This document shows positions 7,605 through 14,865 of a DNA stretch of 14,865 nt, piece by piece (the stretch's first letter is position 1; each line of letters begins with the position of its first letter). The DNA is from a bacterium (lineage in GTDB: Bacteria; RBG-13-61-14; DATKZS01): contig JAWOBU010000277.1 in assembly GCA_046484135.1 (NCBI GenBank), positions 1-14,865 on the forward strand, read 5' to 3'. Made by a program: the position numbers and the translations under genes. The notes below the pieces were generated by a model that was not told the DNA's origin, did not search any database, and saw only the letters and a list, made by a program, of their open reading frames with translations.

Positions 7605-7694
7605 CCGCGCCCTGAAAGGAGCGGAAAGACTACAGCCCAGGGCGCGAGCCCTGGGAAAAATGGTTTAAAAAAACAAAGAGCCCTGAAAGGGCGA
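7605..7694 (+). repeat. Tripartite hairpin repeat unit, right copy (inverted relative to the left copy)
   Basis: CCGCGCCCTGAAAGGAGCGG, then AG-CCCAGGGC-GCGA-GCCCTGGG-AAAAAT, then an AT-rich spacer, then AGCCCT-GAA-AGGGCGA. The 28-mer matches the left copy at 23/28 and the 16-mer at 15/16. Confidence 0.8.
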
Positions 7695-7804
7695 GGGAGA
7701 GAGATCACCGCAGAGGTGCTTCGGTAAACTTTAAACGGAATTCATAAGGGCCAAACTGAGTGATACGCTACACTAAATACAATCTCCCGCCACGTGCAGA
7801 CATG

Positions 7805-7836
7805 AAAAAAGCCCGCCGGTGTTGCCGGCGGGCTTT
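7805..7836 (-). terminator. Rho-independent terminator of the hppA-ending operon
   Basis: 12-bp inverted repeat AAAGCCCGCCGG / CCGGCGGGCTTT with a 5-nt loop. On the minus strand the GC stem is followed by T6 (A6 at 7805-7810), 21 nt after the hppA stop. Confidence 0.88.
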
Positions 7837-7857
7837 GTAGTAGCGTTTTTCGCTCTG

Positions 7858-10011
<2,154 letters not shown>

Positions 10012-10029
10012 CCAAATACCTCCTTACTT

Positions 10030-10593
10030 TTACTTAAAATTGAACTTATTCATGGCGGCGTCCGCTCCCTCGAACACTACCTCGAGAACGGCACGCGACC
10101 CCTTCTCCAAAGCTCCTTTAAGCTCCTCCTTCTCCGCAGGGGAGAAGGGGGACAGCACATAATCCACGGTATCTTCCCGGTCAGTTGGCTTTCCGATGCC
10201 GATCCTTACCCTTGCGAACTCGTCCGTTTTAAGGCATTCGATTATAGAGCTTATGCCTTTGTGTCCGCCTGCTCCTCCTCGGGCCTTGACTTTTATCCTT
10301 CCGACGGGCAGGTCCATATCATCATGGATCACCACCAGCCGGGAGGGGTCTGTCTTCTGGCCTTTCAGGCAGGCGGCCACGCTGATCCCGGAGAGGTTCA
10401 TATAGGTCCGGGGCTTCAGCAGAAAGACCTTTTCCCCCTCTATCTTGCCCGCTCCGGTCCTCCCCTTGTACTTGAAGCTTCTAAGCTTGATCCCGTTTTC
10501 ACGCGCTATTAAATCCAGAACCATGAACCCGACGTTGTGCCGGGAGTCCTTGTAGCTCCGGCCCGGGTTCCCGAGCCCGGCGATAATGTGCAT
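10030..10593 (-). CDS. pth: Peptidyl-tRNA hydrolase
   Basis: AGLGNPG..Y..SRHNVGF, KPRTYMNLSG, VIHDDMDL, GGAGGHKG, RVRIGIG, YVLSPF, AMNKFN. Confidence 0.97.
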   Translation of the reverse strand: MHIIAGLGNPGRSYKDSRHNVGFMVLDLIARENGIKLRSFKYKGRTGAGKIEGEKVFLLKPRTYMNLSGISVAACLKGQKTDPSRLVVIHDDMDLPVGRIKVKARGGAGGHKGISSIIECLKTDEFARVRIGIGKPTDREDTVDYVLSPFSPAEKEELKGALEKGSRAVLEVVFEGADAAMNKFNFK

Positions 10594-10630
10594 GGCCTCC
10601 CCTTAAAGAGGCACAGAAACAGGGAAGGGA

Positions 10631-11329
10631 TTACTCCTCTCCCCCGCTCTCTCCTTCTTTTTCGCCTTCCTCGGAAGCCGCGGCAGCTTCGCCTTCCTCT
10701 CCCTCGGCTTCCTCCTCGGCAGCTTCTTCCGGCAGAGCTTCAGCCATGACCCGCGGCGGGATCACGGAGACCACGGTGGCCTGCTCGTCATCCAGAATCT
10801 CTGCGCCTTCATGGACGTGGAGCTCTCCCACCTTGACCATGTCGTTTATGTCCAGGTGGCTCACGTCAATATCAATGGACGCGGGTATCCGGTGGATGGG
10901 CGATATCACCTGGAGGTACCTTACGTGCTGCTCCAGGGTCCCGCCCATGTCCACTCCCTGGGCGTGGCCGTGGATGACCAGAGGCACGTCCACCTTGAGG
11001 GGCCGGTCTTCGTAAACTTCCATCAAGTCCACGTGAAGGAAGTCGCGGGTAAGTGGGTGCCTCTGCATGTCCTTGACCATGACGAGCCGGCCGTTGACGT
11101 TGGGGTCATCCGCTGACAGCTTTAGCAGGGTATTTCGTTTCTTGGGTGTGTCGAGCGCCTCCCGGAGGCCGGCCGGGTTTATGGTAAGGCTTACGGGCTC
11201 GGCTCGGTAGCCGTAGAACACCGCTGGTATTTTCCCGTTTTTCCGGAGCTTCCGGCTTTTTCCCTTGCCGGACTCGGTTCTTATCTCGACCGCAAGCTCG
11301 CTTGCTTCGACATTATCCTGTATGGCCAT
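10631..11329 (-). CDS. rplY: 50S ribosomal protein bL25, long Ctc-type form with acidic tail
   Basis: GK..SRKLR..GKIPAVFYG, VKDMQRHP....LHVDL, GVDMGG, IP..IDIDVS.L and a Glu-rich tail. I prefer ATG 11329 over TTG 11338 because of its spacing from AAAGGA. Confidence 0.95.
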   Translation of the reverse strand: MAIQDNVEASELAVEIRTESGKGKSRKLRKNGKIPAVFYGYRAEPVSLTINPAGLREALDTPKKRNTLLKLSADDPNVNGRLVMVKDMQRHPLTRDFLHVDLMEVYEDRPLKVDVPLVIHGHAQGVDMGGTLEQHVRYLQVISPIHRIPASIDIDVSHLDINDMVKVGELHVHEGAEILDDEQATVVSVIPPRVMAEALPEEAAEEEAEGEEGEAAAASEEGEKEGESGGEE

Positions 11330-11376
11330 GATAAACAATTCCTTTCTTATGAATATAAAGTTACAACAAGGGTGTT

Positions 11377-11405
11377 ATTATACACGAAAAAGACGGACGA
11401 TTAAA
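11377..11405 (-). promoter_or_regulatory. Putative sigma70 promoter for rplY-pth-hppA
   Basis: Minus strand TTTAAT (11405-11400), 17 bp spacer, perfect TATAAT (11382-11377), in the AT-rich prs-rplY gap. Confidence 0.6.
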
Positions 11406-11421
11406 GTGTTTTTTGAAATCA

Positions 11422-12363
11422 TCAGCCGAAAAGCGAAGTTACCGAATCCCCCCGATGAATCCTTTTTATGGTCTCCCCCAGAAGGGGGGCAATGGATACC
11501 ACCTTTATTTTTTCTGTCATCTTCTCTTCCGGCACCGGCACCGTGTCCGACACCGCCACCTCTACGAGTTCGCTCTTGGATATCCTTTCCCGGGCCGGGT
11601 CGGAAAGCACCGCATGCGCGGCCATGGCCCTTACTTCCCTCGCCCCCCGGTCCAGCAGTATCTTGGCGGCCTTGGTCAACGAGCCGGCGGTGTCAATAAT
11701 GTCGTCCACAATAAGGCAGTTTTTGCCCCGCACGTCCCCGATCACGTGAAACATCTCCGAGGCGTCCCGGTTGCCCGTCCTTCTTTTGTCCACAATGGCC
11801 AGCTCCGCGTCAATCCTGCGGGCATAGGCCCGGGCCCGGGCCACCCCGCCGGCGTCCGGCGACACAATGACCAGGTCCTTGAACCCGCGTCCCTTCAGGT
11901 ACTCGATAAACACGGGCAGTGCGTACAGGTGGTCCACCGGGATGTCGAAAAAGCCCTGGATGGCCTCGGCGTGCAGGTCCATGCATATGATCCGGTCCGC
12001 GCCCGCGGTCGATATGATATCAGCCACCAGCTTGGCGGTAATGGGCACCCGGGGCTGGTCCTTTTTGTCCGACCGCGCGTACCCGTAATAAGGGACCACC
12101 GCGGTAATGGAGTTGGCGCTGGCCCGCTTGCAGGCGTCCATGATGATTAAGAGCTCCATCAGGTTGTCGTTGACCGGCCGGCAGGTGGGCTGGATCACGA
12201 AGACGTCTCTTTTTCTTATATTCTCGTTTATCTTGACGAAGGTATTATCGTTGGCGAACTTGAAGACCTCCATATCGGAGAGAGGAACCCCGATATAGGC
12301 GCTTATTTTTTTACACAGTTCGGGATGGGCGGTCCCGCCCAACAAGATCAGGTTGTTTTCCAT
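11422..12363 (-). CDS. prs: Ribose-phosphate pyrophosphokinase
   Basis: 313 aa with INENIR..DVFVIQ, NDNLMELLI..DA..RASA..ITAVVPYYGYARSDKK, DLHA..IQGFFDIPVD, VSPDAGGV.RA and PRPP motif LIVDDIIDTAGS. Confidence 0.97.
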   Translation of the reverse strand: MENNLILLGGTAHPELCKKISAYIGVPLSDMEVFKFANDNTFVKINENIRKRDVFVIQPTCRPVNDNLMELLIIMDACKRASANSITAVVPYYGYARSDKKDQPRVPITAKLVADIISTAGADRIICMDLHAEAIQGFFDIPVDHLYALPVFIEYLKGRGFKDLVIVSPDAGGVARARAYARRIDAELAIVDKRRTGNRDASEMFHVIGDVRGKNCLIVDDIIDTAGSLTKAAKILLDRGAREVRAMAAHAVLSDPARERISKSELVEVAVSDTVPVPEEKMTEKIKVVSIAPLLGETIKRIHRGDSVTSLFG

Positions 12364-12404
12364 GAGTACACCTTCAGGTCATGGGCTTTACCAGAAGATC
12401 GGCA

Positions 12405-12479
12405 TGGCTGGGGCGGCAGGATTCGAACCTGCGAATGCGGGAACCAAAATCCCGTGTCTTACCTCTTGACGACGCCCCA
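12405..12479 (-). tRNA. tRNA-Gln (anticodon TTG), CCA encoded
   Basis: Minus strand TGGGGCGTCGTCAAGAGGTAAGACACGGGATTTTGGTTCCCGCATTCGCAGGTTCGAATCCTGCCGCCCCAGCCA (75 nt). U1-A72 acceptor stem, anticodon stem CGGGA/TCCCG with loop TT-TTG-GT, T-loop GTTCGAATC. Confidence 0.97.
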
Positions 12480-12505
12480 ACCTCTATTATTTTAGACCCT
12501 GTATA

Positions 12506-12829
12506 TCATACGCTGAGTTCCTGGGATTCGGAATCCGACTCTCTTTCCTCAAGGTTTCGGACCTCCTCGATGTGCTCGCCCGAGGCCTCTTCATAGGCGC
12601 GGAGAACAGCTTGCTCCAGCTTCTCGCGCGTCTCGCGGTTGATGGGGTGGGCGATGTCCCGGAAAGTCCCGTCCTTGCGTTTCTTGCTGGGCATGGCCAC
12701 AAAATAGCCCTTCGGTCCGTGAATGACCTTGACGTCCCGGACCACGAAGCATTCGTCCAGCACCAAGGTGACATAAGCCTTCAACTGCTCCTGGCTAACG
12801 AGGGTAACTTTTACTTCCGTAATTTCCAT
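12506..12829 (-). CDS. spoVG: SpoVG family nucleic-acid-binding protein
   Basis: MEITEVKV......LKAYVT.VLDECFVVRDVKVI.G.KG.FVAMPSKK.KDG.FRDIAHPIN.ETR. ATG 12829 lies 8 nt from SD AAGGAG, so it is preferred over GTG 12835. Confidence 0.95.
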   Translation of the reverse strand: MEITEVKVTLVSQEQLKAYVTLVLDECFVVRDVKVIHGPKGYFVAMPSKKRKDGTFRDIAHPINRETREKLEQAVLRAYEEASGEHIEEVRNLEERESDSESQELSV

Positions 12830-12854
12830 ATCCACCGCTCCTTCTGAATAATGT

Positions 12855-13739
12855 CTATACTAATTGCTTTATGATCGTCCCTTCCAGGGATCGGGACACA
12901 ACCGCCTCTATATCTGATCTGTCTCCTATCTGCCGGGCCGCGTGCCGAGCCGACTCTTCATTATCGAAGATGCCGAAGACCGTGGGACCTGATCCGCTCA
13001 TCAGGGAAGCCAGGCTGCCCAGCCCGAAAAGAGCTTCTCGAACTTCGCCGATCAAAGGGAACCATCCTGCCACCACGGGTTCGAGATCGTTTTTAAACTT
13101 TTCGGGCCGAAAAGGAACTTCTTTTGGACAAGTTGGGTTCACCATATCCGGTTTTTGATGCCTTGTCAAATCCCACCCTGCGTAGGCTCGGGAGGCACTG
13201 ACACCGAAGTTGAAGGATACGACCACGTAAGACCAGGGAGGACAGGAAGGAGCGGGCTCCAGTATCTCGCCCCGGCCCTTTACCCAGGCGGGCGAGCGGA
13301 AAAGGAAGAAAGGCACGTCCGATCCCAGCCGGCCCCCCAGCGAGCGAAGCTCCTGCAGGGATAGCTCGGAGCCGGCAAGCAGGTTCAGCCCGTAAAGCAC
13401 GGCAGCGGCATTGGAAGACCCTCCGGCCAGGCCTCCGGCCACCGGTGTTCTTTTTTTTATCCTTATTATAAGGCCCTGCTTATGGTGAGGACAGCGCTGG
13501 AAAAAGGCCCGGGCCGCCCGGATGCAGAGGTTGTCTTCCCCCGCGGGTACGCCGGGATGGTCGCACTCGATTTTTATGTGGTCGCCGACTGGTTGAAGAT
13601 GAACCTCGTCAGCCAGGTCAATGGCGGTGTTAAGAAGGCAGATTTCGTGGTAGCCGTCCCGCCGCTTTCCCCGGACCTCCAGGTACAGGTTCAGCTTGGC
13701 CGGGCTTGAAAGCCGGAGGGTTTCCCCTTCTATTGCCAT
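12855..13739 (-). CDS. ispE: 4-diphosphocytidyl-2-C-methyl-D-erythritol kinase
   Basis: SPAKLNLYLEV.GKR.DGYHE, KKRTPVAGGLAGGSSNAA, LGSDVPFF, GRGE, NDLE, MSGSGPTVFG. Confidence 0.96.
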   Translation of the reverse strand: MAIEGETLRLSSPAKLNLYLEVRGKRRDGYHEICLLNTAIDLADEVHLQPVGDHIKIECDHPGVPAGEDNLCIRAARAFFQRCPHHKQGLIIRIKKRTPVAGGLAGGSSNAAAVLYGLNLLAGSELSLQELRSLGGRLGSDVPFFLFRSPAWVKGRGEILEPAPSCPPWSYVVVSFNFGVSASRAYAGWDLTRHQKPDMVNPTCPKEVPFRPEKFKNDLEPVVAGWFPLIGEVREALFGLGSLASLMSGSGPTVFGIFDNEESARHAARQIGDRSDIEAVVSRSLEGTIIKQLV

Positions 13740-13763
13740 GTTCCACCTGCCGTCCGGCGGGCA

Positions 13764-14864
13764 CTATTTATTATAATTCCGGCCTTCGCTTTGGCTTTTC
13801 TGACCTTTTTCCTTGAAACCCTGGGTCAGACGGGCGATCTCGTCCCGGGTCCGGCTCCAGGTAAGGTTTACCCGGTCGGCCGCGTCCGTGGTCATCTGTT
13901 TGATAATATCGTAATAGTACTTGTTGCCACTGGCCCATTTCTTCTGAAGCCTCCTGCCATACGCGCGCAAAAGCACGCCCAACAGATCGAATTTGGAGAT
14001 GCTTTTCATGATCTGGCCCATCGAGTAAAACTTGCTCTGGGCCTTGACTGCCTCGACCTGGAGTTCGAAAGCCGACATCCGCTTGGGCTGGAAAACCACG
14101 TGATGGCCGTCGTACAGGCCCCAGTCCTTGGTCAGAATCCGGTTCTCTTCCTGCACCTGCTTGAACTGGTCCGCCCCGGGAATGGGGGTCAGGATCATGA
14201 ACTGGACGGTGTCTATCTTGTTCTTCTTGGCGAAATGGGTGGTGGACCTGATGCTTTCCACGGTGTCCTCGTCGGAGCCCATCACGAACATGCCGTGCAC
14301 CCGCACGCCGTACTCGTGGAACACCGCTATCGAGTCCTCGATGTCCTGGACGGATATCTTCTTGTTGTAGTTCACCAGGGTCTCCGGGTTCACCGACTCG
14401 ATGCCCACGTACACGTACAGGCAATTGGACTTCTGGAAAAGCTCCATCAGCTCCCGGTCTTTGGTTACGTCGGCCCTGACCTGGGCGGTCCACCTTGGGG
14501 TTATGCCTTCGTCTATCATCATGCGGAGCAGGTCCTTGGTCCGTTCCTTGTTGGCGGCGAAGTGGTCGTCATAGAAAAAAACCACTTCCTTGGGGTCCAC
14601 CGTCCGGAGCTCCCGCATGACGTTCTCTTTGGAGCGGAACCGGTAGCGCCTGCCGAACATCTTGGTCACCGTGCAGAACGAGCAGTCGTAAGGGCAGCCG
14701 CGCGAGGTCATTATCGGCCGGATGGTCCCCTTTGGGCTCCGGATCAGGCTGAAGTCCGGGAAAGGTATTTCGTCCAGGTTGTGACAAGGCGGGACCTCCG
14801 GGTTGTGGAAGGTGTTGTTGCCCACCCGGAAGCTGAGACCGGAAACGTCTCCCAGACCTTCACC
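13764..14864 (-). CDS. B12-binding-domain radical SAM protein (5'-partial; N-terminal domain outside the window)
   Basis: The frame is open to the window edge (GEGLGDVSGLSFRVGNNTFHNP...LDEIPFPDF). CxxxCxxC motif TSRGCPYDCSFC, FYDD, VGIES, GMFVMG, LTPIPG. The linker pattern is typical of cobalamin-dependent radical SAM proteins, but the B12 domain itself is not visible. Confidence 0.82.
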   Translation of the reverse strand, partial: GEGLGDVSGLSFRVGNNTFHNPEVPPCHNLDEIPFPDFSLIRSPKGTIRPIMTSRGCPYDCSFCTVTKMFGRRYRFRSKENVMRELRTVDPKEVVFFYDDHFAANKERTKDLLRMMIDEGITPRWTAQVRADVTKDRELMELFQKSNCLYVYVGIESVNPETLVNYNKKISVQDIEDSIAVFHEYGVRVHGMFVMGSDEDTVESIRSTTHFAKKNKIDTVQFMILTPIPGADQFKQVQEENRILTKDWGLYDGHHVVFQPKRMSAFELQVEAVKAQSKFYSMGQIMKSISKFDLLGVLLRAYGRRLQKKWASGNKYYYDIIKQMTTDAADRVNLTWSRTRDEIARLTQGFKEKGQKSQSEGRNYNK

Positions 14865-14865
14865 G

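Noticed and set aside
7476..7727. 83-aa intergenic ORF (MSYLIAIFGIAL...)
   Set aside because: GTG start without a convincing SD. It runs through the palindromic repeat cluster, which explains the sequence better. It cannot be fully excluded without expression data.
10631..10740. Low-complexity CT-rich tract
   Set aside because: Encodes the Glu/Ala/Gly-rich tail normal for long-form bL25/Ctc.
12364..12420. tRNA-Gln 3' end as an integration site
   Set aside because: prs follows after 41 nt. I saw no integrase and no duplicated tRNA 3' end in the window.
12381..12596. 71-aa plus-strand ORF containing WLGRQDSNLR
   Set aside because: Translation of the tRNA-Gln antisense strand, a common spurious ORF.

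Overview
GC-rich bacterial chromosomal window, probably from an anaerobic deltaproteobacterium-like organism (inference from gene content and order). It holds two converging gene blocks. The + strand block is iorA (5'-truncated), iorB, a repeat-filled intergenic gap, a 72-aa two-helix membrane protein, a GT4 glycosyltransferase, a class I SAM methyltransferase, hisG and a 590-aa polytopic membrane protein resembling GT-C glycosyltransferases. The - strand block is a B12-binding radical SAM protein (5'-truncated), ispE, spoVG, tRNA-Gln(TTG), prs, rplY/ctc, pth and a K+-dependent, probably Na+-pumping membrane pyrophosphatase, ending at an intrinsic terminator. Most of the window is housekeeping. 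The least explained signals are (i) two intergenic palindrome clusters at 2169-2337 and 7504-7694, with inverted REP-like doublets, compensatory stem changes and shared GNA/GNNA loops, and (ii) the tightly coupled small-membrane-protein/GT4/methyltransferase cassette, whose product is unknown. I see no transposase, integrase, CRISPR array or cas gene, and cannot claim a novel system from the sequence alone.
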